This document shows positions 24,871 through 36,602 of a stretch of DNA of 64,000 nucleotides, one piece after another. Each line of letters starts with the position of its first letter. Position 1 is the stretch's first letter. The notes beneath the pieces were generated by a model that saw nothing but the letters and a program-made list of their open reading frames with translations, did not search any database and had not been told where the DNA came from. Source of the stretch: Octopus vulgaris (lineage: Eukaryota); NCBI GenBank assembly GCA_951406725.2, contig OX597817.1, forward strand, positions 164,672,001-164,736,000, read 5' to 3'. The position numbers and the translations under genes were made by a program.

Positions 24871-26261
24871 GCTTACTAGATCAACTGGTTATCAAATAAA
24901 GCTCAATATTCTTCTAGCCATCACTCATCATTTCTTTTTAACCAAATCCAGTGGCTAGCCTTCTCCACTGTAGTTTGGATATTGGTCATGGTGGTATTGA
25001 CTTTACGATGAGTTAGGCCTAACGATATCAACTGTCGTCTCACACTGTGGCTGGATGCCCTTCATAACTTCAATTGGAAAATTCTCTGCTTTCCAGCCTG
25101 TGTCTTCACATTCCTTGAGGAGGTTTATATAAAGATTATAGAAGTAGAGCAGTAACTGTAATATCACTACTGTTGTACTGAGATTAAAGTTACAACAATG
25201 AGATTCACAAATATCACTGATTATAACAATTTAAAAAAAGTGATTAGCAGTAATTCTTGTATTATATTAAACTCTATGAAACTGGATTTGAGTGTCATCA
25301 AGTGCAACACTTACATGTATGTGTGTGTATTTGCAGTGTAATGTAAAGCTTCCCTCTAAATTACTCCCTGATGTTGTTTATTTGTGAACCTTGGTTAAAG
25401 GTTTTCTATAGACCAGTCACAGGTTCTCAGTATTCCTGATGGCAAGATTAACATGAATAAATATCTCAAAGACTGATTGTAAAGTGCCAGACTTAGAGAC
25501 TTTTCAATGATGGATTTGGATATCAGTGATATATACTGACACATAAATGACAGCCAGCTTCTGTCTATCATATTCTACTTATAAAAGTATTGGTTAACCT
25601 GAAGTTATGGTAGAAGGTACTTGCTCAAGGTGCTGTGCTGAGAGATCAGACCAAGAACAATACAGATGTGAATACAGTTGCTTAACTATAAAGCTATGCT
25701 CATGTCATTGGAAAAGTTTTAGTTTATTATTTGACATTATAAAAAATTTTAGAGTCAAGGTGAACAGAAATGATCCAAAGGAAAGTACTAGACACAGATA
25801 AGAAAATTGTGAGTATTTCCCCAACAAATATAAGCTATAAATGTGGTCACAATACTTTGACTAGTTCATGGTTTTCCAGACGATAAATCAATATCATTGA
25901 CATTTAAATCAAGAGACATTTGGAAAATGTTATAAATATTGTAGGGGGAAGATCAATTTTGATAACAATGTACTTTAAATGTGATCTGATTGGCTAAAAA
26001 TGTCAGAGCTGTTTTCATAAGAGTGGTTACAAAATCACATTACCATGGTAATAATATCATTGAATCATGTGGTTTATAACAGAGTGGCAGAGGTGAAGGC
26101 TACATGGTCATTAACACCTCAACACTTGAATTGTTATCTCTCTTATTGCACCTGGATATCTGATGCAGCATTTCAAGATATTACTATATTTAACTGGTAG
26201 GTTACTCTATTTGATAGCATAAAACATACCTTAACATATTTAATGCGGCTTCAATTTCATT

Positions 26262-26670
26262 TCTCTTTTTACTTGTTTCAGTCATTTGACTGTGGCCATG
26301 CTGGAGCACTGCCTTTAGTCGAGCAAATCGACCCCGGGACTTATTCTTTGTAAGCCTAGTACTTATTCTATCGGTCTCTCTTGCCGAACCGCTAAGTTAC
26401 AGGGATGTAAACAAACCAGCATCAGTTTTGTCAAGCGATGTTGGGGGGGGGGACAAACACACACACACACACACACAAATGTATATACACACACACATAT
26501 ATATACGACGGGCTTCTTTCAGTTTCCGTCTACCAAATCCATACACAAGGCTTTGGTCGGCTCGAGGCTATAGTAGAAGACACTTGCCCAAGGTGCCACG
26601 CAGTGAGAGTGAACCCTGAACCATGTGATTCATAAGCAAGCACTTACCACACAGCCACTCTTATGCCTAT
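26262..26670 (-). mobile_element. Full-length tRNA-derived SINE with central (TA/TG)n
   Basis: Head, microsatellite and tail are contiguous. Used as the reference copy for the split copies. Confidence 0.88.
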
Positions 26671-26718
26671 AGCACATATTCAAAAAAAAAAAAAAAAAAA
26701 GAAGTTTTCAGGCATTAA

Positions 26719-27441
26719 CCATTTAGCATTCAAACCGGCCATATCTGACCTGAAAATATTCTACCAGTTTTATGTTCAAACCAGCTAGATCCAGCCTCTC
26801 AGAAATCATCATCATTGTTTAACGTCTGCTTTCCATGCTAGCATGGGTTGGACGATTTGACTGAGGTCTGGTGAACCAGATGGCTGTACCAGGCTCCATT
26901 CTAATCTGGCAGAGTTTCTACAGCTGGATGCCCTTCATATCATCAACCACTCCGAGAGTGTAGTGGGTGCTTTTACGTGCCACTGGCATGAGGGCCAGGC
27001 AGGCAGTACTGGCAACAGCCACACTCAAATGGTGCTTTTTATGTGCCACCTGCACAGGAGCCAGTCCAGCGGCGCTGGCAACAAACTCACTTGAATGCTT
27101 TTTCATGTGCCACCAGCACAAGTGCCAGTAAAGCGACACAGGTAACGATCCCGCTTGAATGGCACTTTTTACGTGCCATCAATATGGAGGCCAGCTTGTT
27201 GCTCTGGCAACGATTACGCTTGTATGGTACTCTTAGCGCTCCACTAGCACGGATGCCAGTCATCAAGTTTGATTTCGATTTCGATTTGATGACAGGCATC
27301 CGTGCTAGTGGAGCCATTCCTAAAATGTCATTCTACAAACAGAAATTAAAATTTTGAAGTTATAAGTCAATGCATGATTAATTTAAAACTATGTGAACAT
27401 ATAAGCATTACATTTAGTAAAGTAATCTGAATGCTAAAGGG
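26719..27441 (+). mobile_element. piggyBac-type MITE family 2 interrupted by an RTE tail (26806-27314)
   Basis: TTAA flanks and terminal inverted repeats. Both halves match 14706-14937. Confidence 0.8.
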
Positions 27442-28186
27442 TTAAAGCTTATGGGAGGCCAAACTTCACTTACAGCACCTGGGTTGATTTTTGTTTTTTG
27501 AGACATTTTTGGGAAATAAAGCATGTCTTAAAAAGGGTAAAGATCCACCTTTGGTCATGAATGACCATGGGATTGCAACTAGAAAGTTACCCTCCAAGGC
27601 ACAAGTCCATGCAAGGTTGTTTATGCAAGACCAGCAGTCGCCCATGCATACCAGTTTCCTCTCTCATTGCCACCAATGTTATTCAAGGGAAAGGCAAAGG
27701 CTGATACAGCTTGGAACCAGTAACGACATTGCAACTCATTTCTACAGCTGAGTGAATTGGAGCAACATGAAACAAAGTGTCTTGTTCAAGAACACAACAC
27801 AGCCCAATTCAGGAACTGAGCTCACTACCTCATGATTGCAAGCCTGACACTCTAACCACTGAGCCAAAATGCCTTTTTTTTTTTTTAAAGCATGCCTTAT
27901 ATACTGTTAAATATGATACTTTTAGAAGAGACCAAGAATGAAGTTTAAGTAGTAAGTAATCGAGATGGTAGGGCAGCATTCAGGTGATATGTTTTTAATT
28001 TTTTTCTCATATGTTTCCATAGAGTGGCTGTGTGGTTAAGAAGCTTGCATTGCAACCATGGGATTTAAGGTTCAGTCACACTGTGCAGCACATTGAACAA
28101 GTGTCTTCTACTATGCTTGTGAGTTAATTTAGTAAACAGACACTGTGGAAGCCTATCGTGTGTGTGTATATATACATGTGTGTTTG

Positions 28187-28243
<57 letters not shown>

Positions 28244-28254
28244 TATATATATGC

Positions 28255-28416
28255 ATATGTGGATACAGGACATCACAAACAGTAAACAACATGAGAGATA
28301 CAAAAACAAATGAGTTGAATACGCAAATGAGAGAAACAAATGGAAAACAGGACAAGTAACATAAAGAACGACCCTTCATCAGTTGTCAGCTGCCTATCTA
28401 CTCCTCATTTCGAGCA
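28255..28416 (-). mobile_element. TA-flanked repeat, probably a Penelope-like pseudo-LTR fragment; longer copy at about 36900-37350
   Basis: Shared AAAGAACGACCCTTCATCAGTTG core in both copies, inserted in (TA)n. Confidence 0.45.
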
Positions 28417-28426
28417 TATATATATA

Positions 28427-29212
28427 TTGGGTTGTCCAGAAAGTTTGTGTCAATTTATAGTAGCTTATCTTTCGATTTAGTTTAGAACATGGTTGAGCCC
28501 ATAAAATAGGATTTTACTACACCTCCATTTAGAGCACAGTTTAAACTGAGTTGGCAGAGACATTAGCAGGTCGGGCGAAATGCTTAGTGGTATTTCGTCT
28601 GCCATTACATTCTGAGTTCAAATTCTGCCGAGGTCGACTTTGCCTTTCATCCTTTTGGGGTCGATAAATTAAGTACCAGTTACGCACTGGGTCGATGTAA
28701 TCGACTTAATCCCTTTGTCTGTCTTTGTTTGTCCCCTCTATGTTTAGCCCCTTGTGGGCAATAAAGAAATTTTTGTGGAAGAAGTTTTATGCTCCTATAA
28801 CCTGTGTTAATTCTGTAACCCTTTAAAATGGAAGGTAAGAAAGTTAATTTTCAGCACATGATGCTTTGGGAACCAGACAAAAATTGCTGCAGCTTAGCTG
28901 GGATGTGTTAATCCACCTTCCATATTCACACAGACGTTGCTCCTTCAAATTTCCACTTATTCAGGTCTCTGCAGAATAGTCTTAATGGTAAAAATTTCAG
29001 CTCCTTGGATGATGTAAAAAGATACCTTGATGAATTCTTTGCCATGAAACCACCTCAATTCTGGGAAGAGGGTATTTTCAAGTTAAAGGAAAGATGGAGA
29101 TGCATTGTGCAACAAAATGGTTCATATTTAGTTGATTAAAAATATAATGGCAAGTATTTATTGACCTTTTCCTTTCCTTTAAAAATTGGTACGAACTTTC
29201 TGAACAACCCAA
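28427..29212 (+). mobile_element. mariner deletion derivative (same as 13079-13645) with a SINE inserted at 28548-28770
   Basis: Same TIRs and same internal deletion. The insert matches SINE 17337-17570. Confidence 0.9.
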
Positions 29213-29589
29213 TATATATGTGTGTGTGTGTGTTTGTGTGTTTGTGTTTGTCCCTTCCAATTGCTTGACAACTGGTGTTTGTTTGTTTAGGTTCCTGTAA
29301 CTTAGTGATTTGACAAACAAGATCAATAGAATAAATACCAGACTTAAAATAAATAATGGGGTTGATTTGTTCAACCAAACCCTCAACAGCAGAGCCCTAG
29401 CATGGCTGCAGTTCAATAGCTGAAACAAGTAAAAGATCAAAAGCCAAATGAGATCAAAATTTTCAGAGAAGTAACTTTTACTCAGAAGTAAAAATCTGTT
29501 CCAACATTCAAGGGTTTTCTAGTCAAGTTTAGTTCTTCATCACATTATTTCAGTAAACATGTTGAGAGAGATATATATATATATATATA

Positions 29590-30062
29590 GTTAATCCAAA
29601 CAAGAAAACACAAAAAACACAGCAACGCGAGGACGTGGAACAAATAAAGTATTATTGGACGCTCAGGAAAGAAGGAGGGTTTAACGGAGCTCTTCGTCGG
29701 AAACAAAGGAGAAGGAAAGATCCCGAGAAGGGAAGAAGACAGAGGAAAAAAAATTGCTGGCGGTGCTCACGAGGTCACATGTTATATGTAGAAAAATACA
29801 AACTGGGACAAGAACGTAAAACATTTAGAAGATGATACAAAAAACACGGACGGGACATTCGAAGCCTTCAATCTTCAGTCAAGAACCAGATCATCCTAGC
29901 AATTTCGGCTGATTAATCTTGAGATCGTTCTGATCCGGCCAGCCCCAAGGAAAAACTAAGCTACGAGCATTAGATTTCTTGGAAGAAGGATCGAATGTAT
30001 ACGAAACAGGGACAGAAAAATAGACGATGCCACACGAATATAAAATACAAAAAACAATAATG
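29590..30062 (-). mobile_element. Two adjacent Penelope-like terminal-repeat fragments (29590-29782 and 29788-30062)
   Basis: Microsatellite-flanked, CpG-retaining and T-rich on the minus strand. Hammerhead-core relic at 29679-29704. Confidence 0.5.
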
Positions 30063-30899
30063 GTAGAGAGAGAGAGAGAGACTGGGAGTCTCCAAAAGAA
30101 ATGAATTTATGCATTTTACAAGTTTCTTAATTTCTACTGCAAAAGAAACTCCAAATTCATTTAACATCATCATCATTTAATGTCCGTTGTTCATGCTGGC
30201 ATGGGTCAGACAGTTTGACTGGGCTGGCATGCTGGAAGGCTGTGCCAGGATCCAGTCTGATTTGGCATGGTTTTCCATGGCTGGATGCCCTTCCTAACTC
30301 CAACCACTCAGAGAGTGTAATGGGTGCTTTCAATGATGCAATTGCTTATTTTTAGAATGACATTGTAGGGTAGGTGCAAGAGGCCAGAACTAGCTGGTTT
30401 GAACATAAAACGTAGAATGTATTGGCTAGCTAAATGATTAGGATGTAATATCAGAATATAAAATCAGACCCCATTACTTGACCAAGGTAATCCTATAGAA
30501 TCTAGTCAGATATTATGTAGTCAACCAAAAGCTGTAATTTTTTAAGATCTGTATGATTTAAACAATTTTTTTTCTCCAAATCCTAATTAAAATTTTCTTT
30601 TTTTATCAACAGTCCCTTTCTGTAATTCTTCGTTTTTTACTTTTCCAAAATTTCCAAATTTATGTTTGAAATATCCAACCCATGCTAGCATGGAAAAGGG
30701 ACGTTAAACGATGATGATGACATGTTTTACACATCTGAGATAATGGTTCTGGTTATATAAAAAAAGAAAAACATTAAAATTTCTGTTAAAAAAAAAAAGT
30801 TCCTCCCCACAACTTTTTCGTTTCCGCCTTTTCCAAGAAATTTCGTTTTTGAATTTACATATTTTAAAAGATTACAAGGTACATTACGGTTTTACAAGT

Positions 30900-33800
30900 T
30901 CAAATATTTGGCAGAGTTTGTGTCCATAATCCCTAGTGCTTAAAAAATGTAAATATAAGAAGATGGAAAAAAAAGAACGAAAAGAGACAAAAGCAAAAAA
31001 AGTTACAGAAAGTGGACAAAATTAAAAATAATAAATTGATGTTTTGGCGACTAATTTCCGACGTTATTCTACAGTATTACCTTTGTTACTCCACAGCAAA
31101 GTTGGCATTGATAGAATTTCAACTCATAAAGTGCAGGGGCGTAGCTCAATACAAGATAATAAAATTAACTACAAGGTTTAATAAATTAAACGTTACATAT
31201 TCTGTCAATCAAGTTGCAAAAAAATAATAATAATAATAATAATAACAATAAATGCTGATGTTTTAAAATAAATAACCTGTTAATTTTTGCTACCACAGAA
31301 CACCTTCAATGTTCACAAACCAATAATGATATCGTAGAATAACATAGAAATATGATCACGAGACACCTTTTCCATTTTAAACGGAAATATTAATAGGTGA
31401 CAGATTTCAACTGGATCGATGAATATAGCACAAATATATTTGAAAGCTACAGCTGATTTGAAGATCGTAAATAAAACACTTCTACTGCAGTTATTGACTC
31501 ACCTTGTTCACGCAATAAGAGGAACCCCCAAGGGAGACATAGAACTCCCACGCTTCTTGGATTTTTTTACACGCATGAAAAAGTATCGACTAAGTAGCAA
31601 GCTTCACACAAGATTCTGCAGTATCGATATTGGAAACTGCCAATCGACATACAAGACTTAAGTTTTAATCTGTTTTGAATATATAAAGAAAAAAAGCGAA
31701 TCAAAACAGATGCCAATCTTTTCACCTTGATTTCCATACAGATTACAAAATACAGTTATGTTAGGTGTAACGAAAGAGTTAAACTAAGACAGCTCAAAAG
31801 ACTGCAACACAATAAAGGTCTTAGTAAATTTAAATTTAATTAAGTGTAATTTTTACATTTAAAATGGTCCCCGTTTACAGAGGCCCTTTCATGTGACTAC
31901 AGTTAAGCATTTCGGTTTTTGAATTGCGTAGTTCCTCCTGATCACTAAAATAAATGGCAGAATCGAAGATAACGAGAACTTATGAATGACATATGACTAT
32001 CACTTGTGTCAATGTTTCTTTAGATAATACGACCAAATAAACGGGATAGTAAAGATTTATTACGTGATAACTATGATACGTTTCTAACATTTGACTTTTA
32101 ATACACAATTGCCGAGTACTAACAGCACGGCAAACAAGGAATTACAAAATTTATTTTACTTTCAATATTAAAGTATTTCGCTCTTAGAACTTCGCTGGTC
32201 TTTTATTCATTGATTGTTGATATTAGAGATAAATCTGAATTTATGCTGATTTTATGCTGAAGATAAAAATAAAAAAAACCCAAAAAATTAACATTTATTT
32301 ACTGAGAATTAACTGGTAAGTCATAAAGTGTAAATATAATATTGCCGCGGTGTAAGCCAAGAAAACATCTTTTTTAAAGATCTAGCGAAGTTATCATTAA
32401 GAACGAAAGTATTCAATAATGAAAGTAAAAGAAATTCTGGGTCAAACGGTATATAACTGTGTCAAGTGGTGGAACTAGCTCTTCGTTAACAGCAGGAAAC
32501 AAACATTTATGCTCAACAGTATAAGAACAGAACTCAATTCTGCAGCAGATTACAAGGAAGCACGTGGAGTAACAACAGAGCGCAGTATGCATATTATACA
32601 ATTTTCTGGTTAATTGTTTGCACGAAAAAACCCCAGATATTATCAAGATAACACTTCATTGATATTAATTAATGCTTATGATTATTACATTGGAGAAAAT
32701 TCGCGGAATCTGTCATTAAGAAAAAAGGAAACATGTGAGAATAAGGAGACGTGTGAGAATCGACAAAAGATCAATTTTGTAGATAAAGCAAGTAGCTGCA
32801 TTTGTTTAGATAAGATGCAAACATAAAAACACCTGCTTCCTTCGTAATAAGATAAAAAGCGAGAACCGATAAACTACGAAAAGAAATATATTTCAGATCA
32901 GGGTCCGTCGTTGGCGAGAAAACGAAAGCAATAAATTATATTCAAAAAGGATAACGATAAAGAAATTGTAGAGGGTTATTGAAAAAATACGAGGAAACCT
33001 ACATTTACAGATTTATGAATAAAACAAATCCATCTAGCTATATCAAATTTTACAAAGCTTCAGATTTATCAGCTTACTAGGAATAAAGTTATAAATATAG
33101 CGGTTTTAATCCGCGATGTGACGAAAGGTTTCACATCAAGGCTACTTATAAACAGCATCGCACAGACCTAACCTCTGAAGACAACTAGAAACGTTAGATT
33201 TATCAATATCTATCTATCTATACACAATATATATATATATATATAGTGTGTGTGGTGTGGTGTTTGAATCTTTCTCAATTTCATATTGACATTTTCAGCT
33301 ATTTTCTTTCCTGCTATATTATATATATATATATAGTAAGAGAGAAAATAGCTCAACATGTCAATATAAAATTAAGATTCAAAAATTTTACGCACACACT
33401 AGATTTATACTACAAAATCCATGCAAAAGTAAATAAATAAATAAATAAAATAAAAAGGCAGTAGATGTTTGATATTATCTATTTTCTAATGTATAGAAAC
33501 TGGTGCCAAATATATTTAGATTATTGATACGCAAAGCAGCTGATTAGTTTATAAACGGGCAATTTTCTTCGATTACATGTTTATTTAAAAGACGAAGTTA
33601 ATTTCTCTTTAGCATCTATTGTAAGCACAAACTAAAGTGAAAACACGGAGATTCCATCAAGCAAAAAAGACAAATATGTTAAACAAGGATTTTAACGACA
33701 AAATACTTGATTTTGATTTATTTGTGAAGGCTAATGTAGGGAATATTTGTTTTCGATATTACGTGAAATCATTTTAATACGACGTATAAACACAAAACAT

Positions 33801-34480
33801 TATCATTGTTAATAATTATAAACAGTAAGACTATTAGCATGTTTTCTCTTTACATCGGAAAATCATTCTTCAATCGTAATTTACTTTCTGTCACTGCCTT
33901 ATTTTAGGTAGTTCTTTAGAAAATTAACAAGTGGAGGATGCCTACAGGCATCAGGATAGCAGTGTTAGTAGATGCTAGAAAATCAAACAATATTAATGGA
34001 AGGGTATGTTCAAGAAGAGCTTCAGCAAAACAAAAATGTACCATTCTGTAAAGATAAGAATCGATGTCACCTTCCTTTAATATTAATCAGTTTATATTCT
34101 CACGACGGTCTCTACAGAAGCTGTTAATGTTCAACAGGTGCTGTGAAGACTACAACACGATACCTGAAAACAGACTATATGCGAATGAATTAAATGAATG
34201 AATGGAAAAAGAAAGTACCTTAAATTACTGATTTAGAGGCATCAGTTGGTAGAAATGGGAACAGAATGTTTCTATCGGCATGAGATGTCTCGCAGAATAG
34301 TGAAACTAAAAAAAAATAGAGTGAATGGCAGCAGGCGCAACGACGGTACGATATCGCTGAAAGTGAAACTGCTGTTGTTATAGACGACTGCTAACGACAT
34401 CCCGAGTTCAATTTCCCGGAAGTGATGTCACAGTCCAGACCGGGTACTGCTTTCTCTGGTAAGGTTTTGGGATATCCCTG
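30900..34480. promoter_or_regulatory. CpG-retaining unique region; candidate promoter and 5' non-coding exons
   Basis: Visibly more CpG than the flanking introns and nearly free of repeats. ETS motif CCGGAAGT at about 34416-34423. Minus-strand donor AAG|GTGAGT at 31503/31502. Confidence 0.5.
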
Positions 34481-34514
34481 TACAGTGTGTTATATACTAG
34501 CAGTGTGTTATATA

Positions 34515-34901
34515 CTAGCAGTATTGCCCGGCGTTGCTCGGGTTTGTAAGGGAAATAACTATATAAGCACTTTTAGAGAGTTATAGCCAAAAAATGCATT
34601 AAAAATGGAAAAAAAAATTATCGTAAATTTTTTTTAAATCGTTGACTCATCGTAGACATTTTTAGAGAGTTATTTCCCTAATATAATAGCGAAAAAAATG
34701 CATTAAAATGGAAAAAAATGATGGTAAATTTTTTTAAAATCGTAGACTCATCGTAGACGTGCGCTAATACCGAGAAGGGCTCGATATGAATCACGACTAT
34801 AAGATACTCGGTTTTGGTTAAACTGCACCGCAAAATGTGGGAGTAGTTAGGAATCTAAATCGTAGGAGACAGACACACAACTTCACTTTTATATATAAAG
34901 A
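34515..34901 (-). mobile_element. Non-autonomous Helitron, family B
   Basis: A|TC...CCCGAGCAACGCCGGG hairpin...CTAG|T with no TSD. Reverse complement of 56529-56926. Confidence 0.9.
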
Positions 34902-35696
34902 TATGCACATTTAATACCTCAGCTATCCGAGTGTATTCATTAAGGCATGAATTTTTAAAACAACTTTTTAGCATGTATGCATGCGTGTCTGGATGAGTGT
35001 GTATGTATGCAGTGTGTGTGTGTGTGCGTGTGTGTATTTTGTGTAAATAAGGTTTATTGATTTGGTAAGAACAGAAGGCAGCTGTACTGCAATGATGGAA
35101 ATGGTAAAGAGAGGTATTCAAGGGGTGGGGTAGGAGACAGCATTCTCTAACTTCTCAATTCACAATGGGGCAAAAGAAGAGGCGTGTTTATTCCGTCTAA
35201 TCTCCTATCTTCTAAACTCAGTCTCAAGGATCTTAGCATAATCTTCGTTCTAAAACTCCATTCCTATCACTGCTGCATATCAGCCTAAATACCTGGGATG
35301 TGTTTCAAAAAGGAAAAAAGTCACAACAGTAACATCAAGCACATGTATGTATGTATGCATGCATGCGTGTGTTCATATATATATATATATATATATATCA
35401 TCATCATCGTTTAATGTCTGCTTTCCACTTTCCATGCTAGCATGGGTTGGAAGATTTGACTGAGGGCTGGCGAACCAGATGGCTGCATGAGGCTTCAATC
35501 TTGATCTGGCAGAGTTTCTACAGCTGGATGCCCTTCCTAATGCCAACTACTCCGAGAGCGTAGTGGGTGCTTTTACATGCCACCGGCACGGAGGCCAGAT
35601 AGCCGCTCTGGTAATGATCACGCTCGGATGGTGCTCTTAACACCCTACTAGCACGGGGCTCGAGTGACAGTAAGGCAATATATATATATATATATA

Positions 35697-36495
35697 CTGT
35701 TGTGTCTGGGGAGAGTCATTTTTGTTGTGTCTTGCAACCTTTTCAATAGCCTTGACTCTGTCCGTTATTTACACTGCGTTCCTTTTTATTTGTTTGTGCG
35801 CATGTGTGTGGGTCAGTGTGTGTGTGTGTGTGTGCCTATACATGCATGTATGTATGTATGCATGTATGTGTGTGTATGTATATATGTGTGTGTATGCATA
35901 TGTATATATGTATGTGTGTGCATTTGTATGTATGTATTCTGCATATTCGTGTGCTTGCATATCTGCATTTGTGTATTTTTTATGTATGTGTGTGTGGGCA
36001 TGTGTTTGAATATGTATGCACCTCTGTCTGCTTGTGTGTGTGTGTGACAGACATGCACACACATGGAGTCAGAGGCGCATACATATACAAGCACACGCTC
36101 ACACACACACACACACACACACACAGAAAATACACAGACATGCAAGCACATGAATATGCAGAGTACATACATACAGATGCACACACATACATACATATAT
36201 ACATATGCATACTCACACATATATACATACACACATGCATACATACATACATACATACGTACGTACATGCATGCATGCATAGGCACACACACACACACTG
36301 ACCCACACACATGCGCACAAACAAACAAAAGGGAACGCAGTGTAAATAACGGACAGAGTCAAAACTATTGAAAAGGTTGCAAGACGCAACAAACATTTTA
36401 GGAAAATAAAAATAAGAAATAAATGGAAATTTTACCTGTGAGTGTGTTAAATTAATAAGGCACAAAAAGAAAATGACTCTCCCCAGACACAACAG
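35697..36495. repeat. About 800-bp imperfect palindrome (fold-back element, probably Penelope-derived)
   Basis: Arms 35697-36029 and 36067-36495 are reverse complements, including the microsatellite pattern. The left arm has a deletion of roughly 70 bp. Confidence 0.9.
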
Positions 36496-36550
36496 AATAT
36501 GCTTCAACATGAACTCATATAAAGAATCTTGCAAACCAAATCCAAAAACG

Positions 36551-36602
<52 letters not shown>

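Noticed and set aside
28370-28415. CTGATGA or CTGAAGA with an upstream GAAA on the minus strand (also 29860-29910 and 37010-37025) as hammerheads
   Set aside because: I could not form stems I and II around the core, so these are at best degenerate.
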